Under the pieces are notes generated by a model that was not told the origin of the DNA, did no database searches, and saw only the letters and a program-made list of their open reading frames with translations. Positions 9,459 to 20,928 of a DNA stretch of 64,000 nt are shown piece by piece. Position 1 is the stretch's first letter; each line of letters starts with the position of its first letter. The DNA is from Planctomycetota bacterium (GTDB lineage Bacteria; Planctomycetota; UBA8108; SXIK01), in NCBI GenBank assembly GCA_965223265.1, contig OZ244999.1, positions 3,328,001 through 3,392,000 on the forward strand. The letters are read 5' to 3'. The position numbers and the translations under genes were made by a program.

Positions 9459-12116
9459 TCAGCCGGCTAAAGCGGAGGCCGGCTCGTCACTCGAGTCGGC
9501 GGGCACTTCTACCTCCACCGGCGGTGCAGTGGCTTTGAACACGAGCGTTCCGTCCGTGAAGTCGAGGTGCACGGTTGAGCCGTCGACGACGCTGTCGCGA
9601 ATCAGCATGCGTCCGATCTCGGTTTCGACGTGCTTTTGCAGGTAGCGCTTCACCGGGCGCGCGCCGAAGGTCGGATCGTAACCCGCCTCAGCAACGTGTG
9701 CGATGGCGGCGTCCGTCGCTTCGAGTTTCAAGTGGCGGTCGGCGAGCCGTGCCCGCAAGTGCTCCAGCTGCAGGCGGACGATTTGCTGCACTTCACCAAG
9801 CGTCAGCGTGCTGAAGAGGACGGTCTCGTCGACGCGGTTGAGGAACTCGGGCCGGAATCCGGCGCGCAGCTCGTCAAGAACACGCCGTCGTGCGCCCTCG
9901 GTGATTTCGCCGCTGGCGTCGACGCCCTCGAGAAGATGGACGCTGCCAATATTCGACGTCATGATCACGACGGTGTTCTTGAAGTCCACTGTGCGACCTT
10001 GATTGTCGGTCAGGCGGCCGTCGTCAAGGAGTTGCAGGAGGATGTTGAACACATCGGCGTGCGCCTTCTCGATCTCGTCGAACAGGAGCACCGCGTATGG
10101 CTTGCGCCTTACCGCCTCCGTCAGCTGACCGCCTTCGTCATAACCGACGTAGCCAGGTGGCGCACCGATCAAGCGAGACACCGAGTGCTTCTCCATGTAC
10201 TCGCTCATGTCGATCCTGACCATGTTGTCCTCGCTGTCGAACAGCGATGCTGCCAGAGTGCGTGCCAGCTCGGTTTTGCCGACTCCGGTCGGCCCGAGGA
10301 AGATGAAGGAGCCGATCGGGCGATTGGGGTCTTTGAGTCCGGAGCGGGCCCTGAGCACGGCGTCCGACACCGCTTCGACGGCTTCGTCTTGCCCAATGAC
10401 TCGTCGATGGAGAATCTCCGGCATTCGGAGCAGTTTGTCGCGCTCGGATTCGACGAGGCGAGAGACGGGAATTCCTGTCCAGCGTGACACGATGCTGGCG
10501 ATCTCCTCAGGCGTGACTTCCTCTCGGATCAGAGTGCCGCCCTCGGCGTCGGCGCTGCGACTGCGGTGCTCCTCGAGCTTGCGCTCCAGTTCGTTGAGCT
10601 TGCCATATTTGAGCTCAGCGGCGCGGTTGAGGTCGTACTCACGCTCGGCGCGCTCGACTTCCGTCCGCGTCTGATCGATTTCTTCTTGGAGGGATCGTGC
10701 GGCTTCGAGTTCGGTCTTCTCCTTCTCCCACTGCGAGCGCAGGAGGTCGACGCGAGTCTTCAAGTCGGCGATCTCTTCCTTTACCTTCTTGAGTCGCTCC
10801 TTGGACGCTTTATCCTTCTCTCGTTTCAGGGCCTCGCGCTCGATCTCCAGTTGTAGCTGCCGTCGACTCAGACTGTCGAGCTCCGCTGGCATACTGTCGA
10901 TCTCGGTTCGGATCGACGCCGCCGCTTCGTCCATGAGGTCGATCGCCTTGTCGGGGAGGAATCGGTCGGAGATATAGCGGTTCGAGAGCACTGCAGAAGC
11001 GACGAGTGCGCTGTCCTGGATCCGGACGCCGTGGTGCACCTCGAAGCGCTCCTTGAGCCCGCGGAGGATCGAAATCGTATCCTCGACGGTTGGCTGGTCG
11101 ATCATGACTGGCTGGAAACGACGTTCAAGGGCTGCATCCTTTTCAACGTGCTTTCGATACTCGTCGAGAGTTGTGGCGCCGATGCAGTGAAGCTCACCGC
11201 GGGCCAGCAGCGGCTTGAGCAGGTTGCCGGCGTCCATGGCCCCCTCGGTCTTGCCGGCGCCGACGACGGTATGGAGCTCGTCGATGAAGAGCAGGATGCG
11301 TCCCTCGCTCTCCTGAACTTCCTTGAGCACGGCTTTGAGCCGCTCTTCGAATTCGCCACGGTATTTTGCGCCGGCGATCAACGCGCCCATGTCGAGCGCG
11401 AAAATGGTCTTGTCCTTGAGTCCCTCGGGAATGTCGCCACGGACGATGCGCTGCGCCAGTCCTTCGACGGCCGCGGTCTTACCGACTCCGGGCTCGCCGA
11501 TGAGGACGGGGTTGTTCTTCGTGCGGCGTGACAGGATCCGCACGACGCGGCGGATTTCGTCATCGCGGCCGATCACCGGGTCGATCTTGCCTTGACGCGC
11601 CAGTTCGACGAGATCGCGGCCATAGCGCTTGAGGGCTTCATAAGTCGACTCCGGATCCTGACTCGTGACGCGCTGGTGGCCACGGATATGTTTCAAGGTC
11701 TCGTTGACGCGGGTGACGTTGACGCCCTGGTCGCTGAGCGCCTTCGCGGCATCACTGGACGGCGCTGCGTCGAGAATGCCGAGCAAGAGGTGCTCGACGC
11801 TGACGTACTGGTCGCCGAGTTTCTTCGCCTGTTTTTCCGCGGCGCGAAATACCTTGGCGAGGTCGGGGCTGAGCCCGATTTCCTGCTGGCCGGAAACCTG
11901 CGGCATGCGCGCCAAGGCGCTGGCGACGGCCTGGCGTACGGAAGACGGAGCCACCTCCATGTGCTGGAGGATACGCGTCGCGATGCCTTCCTCGTCCTCG
12001 AGGAGTGCCGACAGCAGATGTTCGACGTCAAGGCGGGGATGTCCCCGCTCAAGGGCGCTCGCATGCGCCTGCTGGACCGCTTGCTGCGACCGGGTGGTGT
12101 ATTTCTCTAAATTCAT
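9459..12116 (-). CDS. clpB: ATP-dependent chaperone ClpB
   Basis: Two AAA+ modules ([16 protein letters not shown]), [11 protein letters not shown], long coiled-coil middle domain, [17 protein letters not shown] precedes ATG 12116. Confidence 0.98.
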   Translation of the reverse strand: MNLEKYTTRSQQAVQQAHASALERGHPRLDVEHLLSALLEDEEGIATRILQHMEVAPSSVRQAVASALARMPQVSGQQEIGLSPDLAKVFRAAEKQAKKLGDQYVSVEHLLLGILDAAPSSDAAKALSDQGVNVTRVNETLKHIRGHQRVTSQDPESTYEALKRYGRDLVELARQGKIDPVIGRDDEIRRVVRILSRRTKNNPVLIGEPGVGKTAAVEGLAQRIVRGDIPEGLKDKTIFALDMGALIAGAKYRGEFEERLKAVLKEVQESEGRILLFIDELHTVVGAGKTEGAMDAGNLLKPLLARGELHCIGATTLDEYRKHVEKDAALERRFQPVMIDQPTVEDTISILRGLKERFEVHHGVRIQDSALVASAVLSNRYISDRFLPDKAIDLMDEAAASIRTEIDSMPAELDSLSRRQLQLEIEREALKREKDKASKERLKKVKEEIADLKTRVDLLRSQWEKEKTELEAARSLQEEIDQTRTEVERAEREYDLNRAAELKYGKLNELERKLEEHRSRSADAEGGTLIREEVTPEEIASIVSRWTGIPVSRLVESERDKLLRMPEILHRRVIGQDEAVEAVSDAVLRARSGLKDPNRPIGSFIFLGPTGVGKTELARTLAASLFDSEDNMVRIDMSEYMEKHSVSRLIGAPPGYVGYDEGGQLTEAVRRKPYAVLLFDEIEKAHADVFNILLQLLDDGRLTDNQGRTVDFKNTVVIMTSNIGSVHLLEGVDASGEITEGARRRVLDELRAGFRPEFLNRVDETVLFSTLTLGEVQQIVRLQLEHLRARLADRHLKLEATDAAIAHVAEAGYDPTFGARPVKRYLQKHVETEIGRMLIRDSVVDGSTVHLDFTDGTLVFKATAPPVEVEVPADSSDEPASALAG

Positions 12117-12153
12117 GTCTCCTCCTTGGTTTCGCTGACCTGAAGGAGACATT

Positions 12154-12170
12154 AGCAACTGCTGTTCCAG
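12154..12170 (-). promoter_or_regulatory. Putative sigma54 (-24/-12) promoter of clpB
   Basis: Minus strand CTGGAAC-AGCAG-TTGCT matches TGGCAC-N5-TTGCW with exact GG-N10-GC spacing, ~38 bp before the start codon. Confidence 0.65.
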
Positions 12171-12234
12171 TCTGAAGGTTTGTTGTAAGCTGTTCTACAA
12201 GCTTAGGATAGGATCCTCGTCTCGCCCGCTGTGA

Positions 12235-12298
12235 CTGCCGAAGTGGCAGGTTGGCTGCCTGTCTTGGAGTCAAACAATGCGCGGCTGCCAAATCGGCA
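12235..12298. promoter_or_regulatory. Two palindromic TGCC-N5-GGCA boxes, candidate upstream activator sites
   Basis: CTGCCGAAGTGGCAG (12235-12249) and TGCCAAATCGGCA (12286-12298), 50 bp apart, upstream of the sigma54-like element. Confidence 0.5.
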
Positions 12299-12317
12299 TA
12301 GGCGCTGCAGCCGCGGC

Positions 12318-13718
12318 TCAGATCCCGTCGATCTCTTGCACCAGCGTTGCCAGTGACGACTTAGCGTCACCGAAGAGCATCCGCGTCTTGGAGTCAAAGA
12401 ACAGGTCGTTTTGGATGCCGGCGAATCCGGGGTTCATGCTGCGTTTCATGACGATCACGTGTTCAGCGTGGTCGACATCGAGGATCGGCATGCCGTAGAT
12501 CGGGCTCGATGCATCGCTGCGGGCGGCCGGGTTGACGACGTCGTTGGCGCCGACGACCAGGGCGACGCTCGCGCGATCGAATTCCGGGTTGATCTGATCC
12601 ATGTCGTAGAGCTGGCTGTACGGTACGTCCGCTTCGGCCAGGAGCACGTTCATGTGTCCTGGCATGCGTCCGGCGACCGGATGGATCGCGAACTTGACCT
12701 CAACGCCGCGGTTCTCGAGAAGCGTTGCGAGTTCACGTACTTGGTGCTGCGCTTGCGCCACTGCGAGCCCGTAGCCCGGTACGATGATCACCAGCCGCGC
12801 ATAGCCCATCAGCATGGCTGCATCGTCGTGAGAGATCTCGACCACTGTGCGGTCCTCGTCACCGCCGGCGCCTTTCTTGGCCTTGGTGCTGCCAAAAGCG
12901 CCGAAGAGTACGTTCGACAACGGGCGGTTCATCGCCTTGCACATGATACGAGTCAGAATGAGCCCGGACGCACCGACGAGAGCGCCGCTGATGATGAGCG
13001 CGTTGTTGGTGATCACGAACCCGGAGATCGCTGCGGCAACGCCCGAGAAGGAGTTGAGGAGTGAGATAACCACTGGCATGTCCGCGCCGCCGATCGGCAG
13101 CACGAACAAGACTCCCAGAGCTAGCGAGGCGATGAGCAGGAGTGAAAAGAGCTCGACGTGTTCCGCTGAATAAACCAAGCGCGTCGCGGCATAGACGATG
13201 AAACAGAGGAGAAGGAAGTTGCACGTCTTTTGAAGCGGGTACGTGAGAGGCCGGCCGGAGATCAGCTCCTGGAGTTTGCCGAATGCAATCACGCTGCCGG
13301 CGAAGGTCAACGCGCCGACGATCACCCCGAGCTGAATGGCAAGGGCTGTGTCGATGCTGTAGTTCGATCCGCTCTCGTTTTGGTGCTGGCAGAACACCGC
13401 CGCGGAGACGAGCGCGGAAGCGGCGCCGCCGAATCCGTTCAGGAGCGCGACCATCTGGGGCATGGCCGTCATTTTGACCGTTTGCGCCAGGATCAGACCG
13501 ATCGCAGCGCCGGCGACGACCGCTCCGAAGACTGTCATTAGCCGCGACGCCGAAACTTCGTCTGGCTTCAGGAGCGTGGCGACAATTGCCACGACCATGC
13601 CGAGCGCGGCGTAGAGGTTGCCGCGTCGCGCGGTCGTCGGCGAACCCAGCTTCTTGAGTCCCACGATGAAGAGAGCCGCCGCGGCCAAATACGCAAGCTG
13701 GATGAACTGTGCCGCCAT
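12318..13718 (-). CDS. pntB: NAD(P) transhydrogenase subunit beta
   Basis: MTAMPQMVALLNGFGG, PIGGADMPVVISLLNS, IVPGYGLAVAQAQH, HPVAGRMPGHMNVLLAEA, GANDVVNPAA. Confidence 0.98.
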   Translation of the reverse strand: MAAQFIQLAYLAAAALFIVGLKKLGSPTTARRGNLYAALGMVVAIVATLLKPDEVSASRLMTVFGAVVAGAAIGLILAQTVKMTAMPQMVALLNGFGGAASALVSAAVFCQHQNESGSNYSIDTALAIQLGVIVGALTFAGSVIAFGKLQELISGRPLTYPLQKTCNFLLLCFIVYAATRLVYSAEHVELFSLLLIASLALGVLFVLPIGGADMPVVISLLNSFSGVAAAISGFVITNNALIISGALVGASGLILTRIMCKAMNRPLSNVLFGAFGSTKAKKGAGGDEDRTVVEISHDDAAMLMGYARLVIIVPGYGLAVAQAQHQVRELATLLENRGVEVKFAIHPVAGRMPGHMNVLLAEADVPYSQLYDMDQINPEFDRASVALVVGANDVVNPAARSDASSPIYGMPILDVDHAEHVIVMKRSMNPGFAGIQNDLFFDSKTRMLFGDAKSSLATLVQEIDGI

Positions 13719-13803
13719 TGGAGTTCGTGCCTAGGGGGATTGTGAAGGGATATCGCGCGTCGACGGACGCCTCTGCGCGGACGCGGCATGACGCGTCTGC
13801 TCG

Positions 13804-14106
13804 TCAACGTGAAGTCTTCTTTTCGTTTTTGCTCCGAAACATCTGCAGCATGCGGTCCGTGACGAGGAAGCCGCCCATGACGTTAATCATCGCCAGAACA
13901 ATGGCAACGCAGCCGAGCGCCGTGTTCAGTGCCGAACCCTCTTCAACAGTTACGAGGATGGCACCGACGACAATGATGCCCGAGATCGCATTCGAGCCAG
14001 ACATGAGTGGTGTGTGCAGCGTTGGGGGCACCTTCGTGATGAGCTCGAAGCCAACGAACATCGCGAGGACGAACACGGTGATGCCGACCACAAGAGTCTC
14101 TGTCAT
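13804..14106 (-). CDS. pntAB: NAD(P) transhydrogenase subunit alpha-2
   Basis: KVPPTLHTPLMSGSNAISG, NVMGGFLVTDRML. Confidence 0.96.
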   Translation of the reverse strand: MTETLVVGITVFVLAMFVGFELITKVPPTLHTPLMSGSNAISGIIVVGAILVTVEEGSALNTALGCVAIVLAMINVMGGFLVTDRMLQMFRSKNEKKTSR

Positions 14107-15260
14107 GCGGACTCCTTTTCGTTCGTACTAGGGTCCAAGAGTTCGCGCGTCGCTGTGTGGACGACGTCTCCGTTGTGCGTGATGCACATCGCGGCGGTGA
14201 TCTCATCTTTTAAGTCGATTTCTATCTTGCCGTCGTCGTCGATCAGATGGAGGAGAAAGGTCGTGATATTCTTGCCATACATCTGCGAGGCGTCTGCAGC
14301 TGCGGACGACGGCAAGTTGAGTGGCCCAATCACGGTGACGCCTTGGTGAATCGTTTCCTTTCCAGCTTCCGTCAACTCGCAGTTACCGCCTCGCTCTGCC
14401 GCCAGGTCGACGATCACCGCACCCGGCTTCATCGCTCGGACCATTCCTTCGGTGATCAGCGTTGGGGCCGGTTTGCCGGGGATAAGCGCCGTCGTGATCA
14501 CGACGTCGACGTTTTTAAGCGCGTTCGCAATCGTCTCGAGATTGCGAGCCTGAGCGTCCTGTGACAATTCCTTCGCGTAACCACCAGCTCCCTCTGCGTC
14601 TTTGTCCAGCGGCGCAGACTGTACGAAGCGCGCCCCGAGGCTTTCAACCTGCTCGCGGGCAGCCTCGCGGACATCAAACGCTTCGACGACAGCACCAAGG
14701 CGACGTGCCGTGGCGATGGCCTGCAGGCCGGCGACACCAGCTCCGAGAACGAGAACCCTAGCCGGCGTCAGCGTGCCCGCGGCCGTCACCAGCATGGGCA
14801 TCATGCGCGACAACGAGGAAGCGGCGCGCAGCACGGCTTTGTAGCCAGCGATCGTGCTCATGCTCGAGAGCGCGTCCATGCTCTGCGCACGCGTGATGCG
14901 TGGGACACAGTCCATGCTGAAGCTCGTGATCCCGCTGGAGGCGAAGGCTTTGACGAGATCCAAGTTCAGCTGCGGATAGAGAAAGGAGATCACGACTCCC
15001 CCTTGGCGCAGGAGTTGGACCTCCTCCGCGCTGGTCTTCTCCACCTTCAACACGACGTCGCAGGCGAACGCCTCACCAGCGCTTGAAGCGATCGAGGCGC
15101 CAGCCTTTTCGTAGTCAGCGTCGCTGAAAAAAGCTCTCTTACCAGCCTCGGTTTCGACCACCAGGTCCAAACCGCGCTTGACGAGTTGCGCGACCACTTC
15201 CGGAGTCACCGCGACGCGTCGCTCACGCGCTGCCGTTTCCCGCGGAATTCCGACTTTCAT
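14103..15260 (-). CDS. pntAA: NAD(P) transhydrogenase subunit alpha-1
   Basis: ERRVAVTP, PRITRAQSMDALSSM, GAGVAGLQAIATARRLGA, GGYAKE, TALIPGKPAP, DLAAERGGNC. Confidence 0.97.
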   Translation of the reverse strand: MKVGIPRETAARERRVAVTPEVVAQLVKRGLDLVVETEAGKRAFFSDADYEKAGASIASSAGEAFACDVVLKVEKTSAEEVQLLRQGGVVISFLYPQLNLDLVKAFASSGITSFSMDCVPRITRAQSMDALSSMSTIAGYKAVLRAASSLSRMMPMLVTAAGTLTPARVLVLGAGVAGLQAIATARRLGAVVEAFDVREAAREQVESLGARFVQSAPLDKDAEGAGGYAKELSQDAQARNLETIANALKNVDVVITTALIPGKPAPTLITEGMVRAMKPGAVIVDLAAERGGNCELTEAGKETIHQGVTVIGPLNLPSSAAADASQMYGKNITTFLLHLIDDDGKIEIDLKDEITAAMCITHNGDVVHTATRELLDPSTNEKESA

Positions 15261-15365
15261 CACGACTCTCCTCTGAGTGCGGGATGAGCGAGCCGCCGGA
15301 CCATCGAGCTCTCCGCCATGGATTCCACTGCCGTATCCACCATCTCCACCATACCTTCAGTCACT

Positions 15366-15410
15366 GCCGCAGGTTTCTCCGCGGCAGGTTTCTCCGCAGC
15401 AAGTTTCTCC
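15366..15410. repeat. Three 15-bp tandem units GCNGCARGTTTCTCC
   Basis: gccgcaggtttctcc gcggcaggtttctcc gcagcaagtttctcc in the pnt upstream region. Confidence 0.8.
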
Positions 15411-15871
15411 GGTGAACGGTCTGTTGCTTTCGATGAGCGGTTACGGGCAACGGCTCTAGTCACAGCAAGTTCACTGCACTACCGGGCAGCTCGCCGAGGC
15501 AACAAGCGATCGATGCGACAAGCGTTCACTTACGCGCCGTCAACAAAGAAGGATCTTCCTACGAGCCGAATGAAGCGGCGCATGATACACGATCGTTTCT
15601 CTCGAGCACAAGCACGTTTAGCGACGACACAGCGTTCCGACGGTGTGCGTTTTTCCTGTATGTGACGCGGCCTTTCTTGCAAGATGGAGCGGCTATGATC
15701 GTCGCGCCCGGGGATGCCGACCCATACCCTCAGGTCGACCTCGACTCGAACGTGTGATCGATCGACGCAGTCGCGCTGCCGGCGCGCCCTACTGAACGTG
15801 TGATCGGCCGGCGTCGACGCGATCGGGGCGCACCGCATACAGGGAACCTGAGAAGTCACAGGAGTGGATTC

Positions 15872-16759
15872 ATGAAGATCGGTTTCATCGGCATGGGCAT
15901 CATGGGACAACCGATGGCGGGACACCTCGTCAAGGCAGGATACGACGTCACGGTCTACAATCGGACGACTTCGCGGACCAAGTCGCTCGTAGATCTCGGT
16001 GCCCAAGTCGCGGCGACGCCGGCGGAATGCGCCGCCGGCAAAGACGTGATCATCACGATTGTTACCGATTCGCCCGACGTTGAAGCGGTTCTTTTCGGCG
16101 ACAGCGGTGCAGCCGAAGCTGCGAAGCCCGGCGCTACCGTGATTGATATGAGCACGATTTCTCCGGACGTGACGCGCGATATCGCGGCGCGCCTGGGGGA
16201 GCGTAGTGTGGACTTTCTCGACGCACCGGTGAGCGGCGGTGACATCGGTGCGCAAAAGGGCACGCTCACGATCATGGTGGGGGGGGAGACTGACGTGTTC
16301 GAGCGAGTCAAGGAGGTCTTCGAGCCGATGGGGTCGCGCATCACCCTCGTCGGCCCCGTCGGTGCTGGACAGGTGACGAAGGCGTGCAACCAAATCCTTT
16401 GCGCCGTCAACATGGTGGGCGTCTGCGAAGCGATCGGCCTGGCAAGGCGCAATGGCCTCGATCTAGAGAAGATGCATCAGGTCGTCACTGGTGGTGCCGC
16501 AAACTCATGGGCACTCGAGAATCTCGGCAAGCAGATTATCGAGAAGAATTTCAATCCAGGCTTTATGGTTAAACTCATCGTCAAGGATCTGAACATTGTG
16601 CTCAATGCTGCACGTCACCTGCATCTTCCGGTCGCTGGTGCGGCGTTAGCACACCAGTACTTTCAGGCCAACCTCGCCAGTGATGAAGGTGATCTTGGCA
16701 CACAGGCGATGTTCAAAGTGATCGAGCGGCTCGGTAACTTCTCGCTCGAGGAGTCATGA
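15872..16759 (+). CDS. NAD(P)-dependent beta-hydroxyacid dehydrogenase (tartronate-semialdehyde reductase/HIBADH family)
   Basis: [45 protein letters not shown]; AGGAG RBS. Confidence 0.93.
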   Translation: MKIGFIGMGIMGQPMAGHLVKAGYDVTVYNRTTSRTKSLVDLGAQVAATPAECAAGKDVIITIVTDSPDVEAVLFGDSGAAEAAKPGATVIDMSTISPDVTRDIAARLGERSVDFLDAPVSGGDIGAQKGTLTIMVGGETDVFERVKEVFEPMGSRITLVGPVGAGQVTKACNQILCAVNMVGVCEAIGLARRNGLDLEKMHQVVTGGAANSWALENLGKQIIEKNFNPGFMVKLIVKDLNIVLNAARHLHLPVAGAALAHQYFQANLASDEGDLGTQAMFKVIERLGNFSLEES

Positions 16760-16865
16760 AATGACAACACGCCGAAGGCCACGTGCTGCGGCCGGTAAGA
16801 CTCTTGCGTCGAGCCGATTGCTTTTCCGGCTGCGCCCGCGGAGGCTGTTGTCTACGTCCGCACCC

Positions 16866-19208
16866 ATGAAACAGGCGCGCGCCACCGCCTGGGTCGCACT
16901 TCTCGGCGGGCTCGTTGCGACGCTTGCTCCCACGATTCTTGTTTGGCTGGGTCCGAACAATCTCTGCGCTGACGAAGCCGAGTCCGCACGGCCGCGCGGC
17001 GCAGCTGCGGAGCGTTCCCACGGCGACCGTAAGCCGAACCGGCTGTCAAAGGAGAAGAGCCCCTACCTCCTGCAGCACGCTTTCAATCCCGTCGACTGGT
17101 ATCCGTGGGGAGCGGAAGCGTTCGAAAAGGCAGTCAGCGAGAACAAGCCTGTCTTCCTGAGCATCGGCTACGCAACGTGCCATTGGTGTCACGTCATGGA
17201 GCGCGAGTCGTTCGAGGACGAAGAGATCGCGGCGTTTTTGAACGAGAATTTCATCTCCATCAAGGTGGACCGCGAAGAGCGTCCAGACGTCGATGGGATC
17301 TACATGGATGCCGTGACGGCGCTGCGTCAAAGTGGCGGCTGGCCATTGACCGTTTTTCTCACTCCGAAACGCAAGCCATTTTTCGGTGGCACATATTTTC
17401 CACCGCGAGACCATCCACAGCGTGGGATTGGGTTCCTCACGGTACTGCAGAAGATCCACGAAGTGTGGCGCGACCAGCGAGGTCTGGTGGAGCAGCAAGC
17501 CGAGCAGTTGACAGCGGCTGTTGCAGCGCAGTCGCGTAGCGTGCGTGCTGCCGCCCCGCTGAAGGAATCAATGCTGCTTCAGGCGTTCACGGAGCTCAAG
17601 GCCTCGTTCGATCCGGAGCATGGCGGCTTTCGCGGGCCGCCGCGACACGCGCCAAAGTTTCCACGCACTTCGGTGCTCGACTTTCTCATGCGTTACGCGC
17701 AGCTCGAGTCCGCACTGAAGGACGGCACGGCGAACGACGCACTAGAGATGGTGTGGACAACTCTGGACCGGATGATCGCCGGGGGAATCCACGATCACCT
17801 TGCGGGTGGTTTTCACCGCTACTCCGTCGACCGCCTCTGGCTTGTCCCTCACTTCGAGAAGATGCTCTATGACCAGGCTCTGATCTCGATGACGCTGATC
17901 GATGCAGCGCGGGTATCGAAGAACGACCTGTATTTGCGCGCGGCGCGGCGAACGCTCGACTACGTGCTCGAACGAATGACCGGCGCCGACGGAGAGATCT
18001 ATTCTGCTGAGGACGCAGACACCAACGCCATCGAAGGATTGACGTATGTGTGGACGCGCGCTGAGGTCAGAGAGCTGCTCGGAGACGAACGTGGAACGAG
18101 GTTCTGTGAGTTCTACGGCGTTTCTGAAGCGGGAAACTTTCACGAAGCGGGCGAAGGGGCCAATGTTCTTCACGTCGAGGACGCAAAGAAGCTCACGGCA
18201 CTCGTGGTCGTGAACGCCGACGATGCAGGCGGTGGCGATGCCTCCCTCGCACGCGAACTGATTGCCGACCGTGCCAAGCTGCTCGCTCACCGTGACCATC
18301 GCCCACAACCGCTGCGCGACGACAAGGTCCTGACAGCGTGGAACGGCTTGGCGATTTCAGCCTTGGCGCGGACGTACCAAGTGAGCGGGGAGACGAAATA
18401 CCTGGCGGCAGCACAGAGAGCGGCTGGGTTCATCCTCAAGCACCTCAAGTCGGGGGATCAGCTCAAGAGACGGTTCCGCCTGGGCGATGTCAAGGGGCGC
18501 GGGTTTCTGAACGACTACGCCTTCTTAGCGCAGGGGCTCATCGATCTTTACGAGTCTGACTTCGATGCGCGCTGGCTACGCGAGGCGTTGTCCCTCACGC
18601 AGTCGATGGTGCGACTTTTCTGGGACTCGGCGTCCGGCGCGTTTTTCACCACGAGTCTGGAGCACGAGCGTTTGATTACGCGTCAGCAGGAGTTCTATGA
18701 CGGCGCCATCCCCGCAGGCAATTCAGTCGCCTTCACGGTTCTTCAGCGCCTTGCTGAGCTTACCGGCGACGCAACACTGAAAGAGGTTTCGGAGACGATG
18801 GCGAAGGCGACCGGCGGACTGCTCGACGGAGGGACGTCGCCTGTTTCGAGCTATCCCGCTCTTTTGTGTGGGGTCGACTACGCGATTCGGGGTGGACGGC
18901 AGATCGTCGTCGTCGGGGACGGCACACAGCATGGCACGCGGGAGATGCTGCAGGAGGTGTGGAGGCGTTTTCTGCCGCGCAAGGTCCTGGTGCAGGCCGA
19001 CTCCGCTCAGGCCGCGGAAGCTCTCTCCGCCGTGGTTCCTACTGCTGAGGGCAAACTCGCGATCGGTGGGGTCGCCACGGCGTTCGTTTGCAAGAACGGT
19101 GTCTGTAAGCTTCCAGCTCGCGACCTCGCGACGCTGCGCAGTCAGCTCGACGCTGCCGGAGGAGGTGACGCTTCAGACGGACTGCAGCTTGAGAGGAAAA
19201 AGGAATAG
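16866..19208 (+). CDS. YyaL/SPATA20-like protein (DUF255 thioredoxin-like domain + six-hairpin domain) with signal/anchor
   Basis: [65 protein letters not shown]. The ORF is open from 16761. Confidence 0.93.
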   Translation: MKQARATAWVALLGGLVATLAPTILVWLGPNNLCADEAESARPRGAAAERSHGDRKPNRLSKEKSPYLLQHAFNPVDWYPWGAEAFEKAVSENKPVFLSIGYATCHWCHVMERESFEDEEIAAFLNENFISIKVDREERPDVDGIYMDAVTALRQSGGWPLTVFLTPKRKPFFGGTYFPPRDHPQRGIGFLTVLQKIHEVWRDQRGLVEQQAEQLTAAVAAQSRSVRAAAPLKESMLLQAFTELKASFDPEHGGFRGPPRHAPKFPRTSVLDFLMRYAQLESALKDGTANDALEMVWTTLDRMIAGGIHDHLAGGFHRYSVDRLWLVPHFEKMLYDQALISMTLIDAARVSKNDLYLRAARRTLDYVLERMTGADGEIYSAEDADTNAIEGLTYVWTRAEVRELLGDERGTRFCEFYGVSEAGNFHEAGEGANVLHVEDAKKLTALVVVNADDAGGGDASLARELIADRAKLLAHRDHRPQPLRDDKVLTAWNGLAISALARTYQVSGETKYLAAAQRAAGFILKHLKSGDQLKRRFRLGDVKGRGFLNDYAFLAQGLIDLYESDFDARWLREALSLTQSMVRLFWDSASGAFFTTSLEHERLITRQQEFYDGAIPAGNSVAFTVLQRLAELTGDATLKEVSETMAKATGGLLDGGTSPVSSYPALLCGVDYAIRGGRQIVVVGDGTQHGTREMLQEVWRRFLPRKVLVQADSAQAAEALSAVVPTAEGKLAIGGVATAFVCKNGVCKLPARDLATLRSQLDAAGGGDASDGLQLERKKE

Positions 19209-19252
19209 CGCTGGTGCGGCCCTGTCTTTTTCATCCTGGCACCGGCGCTATT
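19204..19252. terminator. Hairpin after the YyaL-like gene between convergent genes
   Basis: AATAGCGCTGGTGC ... GCACCGGCGCTATT, 14-bp stem with one G-U pair; no long U tract. Confidence 0.5.
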
Positions 19253-19579
19253 CACTGAGTGGGGGTCTTACTCGGTCTTGGGTCCATGAGAGCCCCGCGA
19301 GGTCGGGCCGAGTGAACTCGGCTTTGGCTTACGCCCTCGTCGTAGCGAACGATCGAGAAGGGAGTTCCCAAGACGACGGATGATCAGTCCCGGCAAGCGG
19401 CAGACAGCAATCATAGAGAGACCCGCATTCTGTAGTATTCACCGCGAGATTCTTCCCTCACACAACTGTTAAGTGCGCGAAATCTTCACATCTGACGCTT
19501 TTTTTCGATTTTTCTGCGCCGCGTCGGGAAATGTCCCCTAACTCACTAAACCAAAATGGGTTGCGAATCCCGGCAAGGG

Positions 19580-20761
19580 CTACAAACTGGGCGTTGATGC
19601 CATCGCCGCTGTGAATGCCCAATCCAGCCAAGGAAACAGCGCCGCGAGATCCGCAGTCTCGACCGTGGCGCCACCCCAAAGCCTTAGCCCTGGCGGGGCG
19701 TCTCTGTAGGCTCCGATGTCGAAGGCGACACCTTCCTCTTCGAGGCGCGACGCTACCCTTTTGGCGACTCGCCACGATTCAGAGGCTGGCGCGGCGGCGA
19801 GCTCGGGGTCGACGATCTTGAGGCACATGGAGGTGGACGAGCGTGTCTCTGGTTCCTCAGCGAGGAAGCCCGCCCAACCACTCGCCTCCACCCATTCGGT
19901 CACGGCGGCCAAGTTTTCCTCGCTGCGGGCGATGGTCGCTGGGAGACCGCCGATTTTTTCGACCCAGCTCAATGCGTCAAGCACATCTTCAACGCACAGA
20001 AGCGACGGCGTGTTGATCGTATCGCCGCGAAAGATGCCCTCGATCAGCTGGTCGGCTTTCGTCATGCGAAAGAGCTTCGGGAGCGGCCACGGTGGCGTGT
20101 AGCTCGTCAACCGTTCGATGGCCCGTGGGCTGAGGATGAGCATGCCGTGTTGCCCCTCGCCGCCGAGTACTTTTTGCCATGAGAATGTGGTGACGTCGAG
20201 CTTCGTCCAAGGAAGGTCGACAGAGAAGACTGCGGACGTGGCGTCGCACAGCGTTAACCCGGTGCGCGCGTCGTCGATCCAGTCTCCGTTGGGCACTTTG
20301 ACGCCGGAGGTCGTGCCGTTCCACACGAAGACCACGTCCCGCTGCGGGGAGGTTTGGTTGAGGCCGGGCAGCTGGCCGTAGGGCGCGTCGAACGTCCGGA
20401 CGTCTTGGAGTTTCAAGTGCTGGACGATGTCGCCCATCCAGCCCTTGCTGAAACTCTCCCACGCCAGGACGTCGACGCCAACGGCGCCGAGCATCGACCA
20501 CATCGCCATCTCCATTGCGCCGGTGTCCGACGCCGGGACGATTCCGATGCGATAGTCGGCAGGTACGCCGAGAAGAGCGCGGGTCTGGTCTATGACGGCG
20601 CCAAGCTTGGCGCGCCCGGCTGTCGAGCGGTGTGAACGGCCCAGGCACGCACCTTGGAGGGCATCGACCGACCAGCCGGGACGTTTGGCGCACGGCCCCG
20701 AGGAAAAGAAAGGGCGTTGGGGGCGCTGCATCGGCTTCATGATTCGTTCCTCAGGCGTCAA
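19580..20761 (-). CDS. serC: Phosphoserine transaminase (Methanosarcina/alphaproteobacterial type)
   Basis: [51 protein letters not shown] (PLP Lys), [11 protein letters not shown]. Confidence 0.95.
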   Translation of the reverse strand: MTPEERIMKPMQRPQRPFFSSGPCAKRPGWSVDALQGACLGRSHRSTAGRAKLGAVIDQTRALLGVPADYRIGIVPASDTGAMEMAMWSMLGAVGVDVLAWESFSKGWMGDIVQHLKLQDVRTFDAPYGQLPGLNQTSPQRDVVFVWNGTTSGVKVPNGDWIDDARTGLTLCDATSAVFSVDLPWTKLDVTTFSWQKVLGGEGQHGMLILSPRAIERLTSYTPPWPLPKLFRMTKADQLIEGIFRGDTINTPSLLCVEDVLDALSWVEKIGGLPATIARSEENLAAVTEWVEASGWAGFLAEEPETRSSTSMCLKIVDPELAAAPASESWRVAKRVASRLEEEGVAFDIGAYRDAPPGLRLWGGATVETADLAALFPWLDWAFTAAMASTPSL

Positions 20762-20928
20762 TGAATCGCTCGCAGGAGTCTGCGACGCACGACAGCGAGC
20801 TGGGGACCCGCGGCCATGGTCTTCTCTTCTTCGGCCACCTCCCCTTCCGGACTCGCGGTTTCCTCAGTTATCTACACTCTGGTATCTACACTGTGGAGGA
20901 GAGGAAATCTACGCCGCCGCGTGAATCC

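Noticed and set aside
9630-12110. Long plus-strand ORFs opposite clpB (likewise 32318..33538, 38954..40171, 15530..16393)
   Set aside because: Antisense shadow frames typical of GC-rich coding DNA, with no recognisable motifs.
12152-12178. Possible CIRCE element (TTAGCA...) upstream of clpB
   Set aside because: Only a partial left arm; no GAGTGCTAA after 9 bp. The same bases fit the sigma54 -12 element on the minus strand.
12318-15260. Split alpha subunit of transhydrogenase as a novelty
   Set aside because: The three-gene alpha1/alpha2/beta arrangement is well known (e.g. Rhodospirillum, Thermus).
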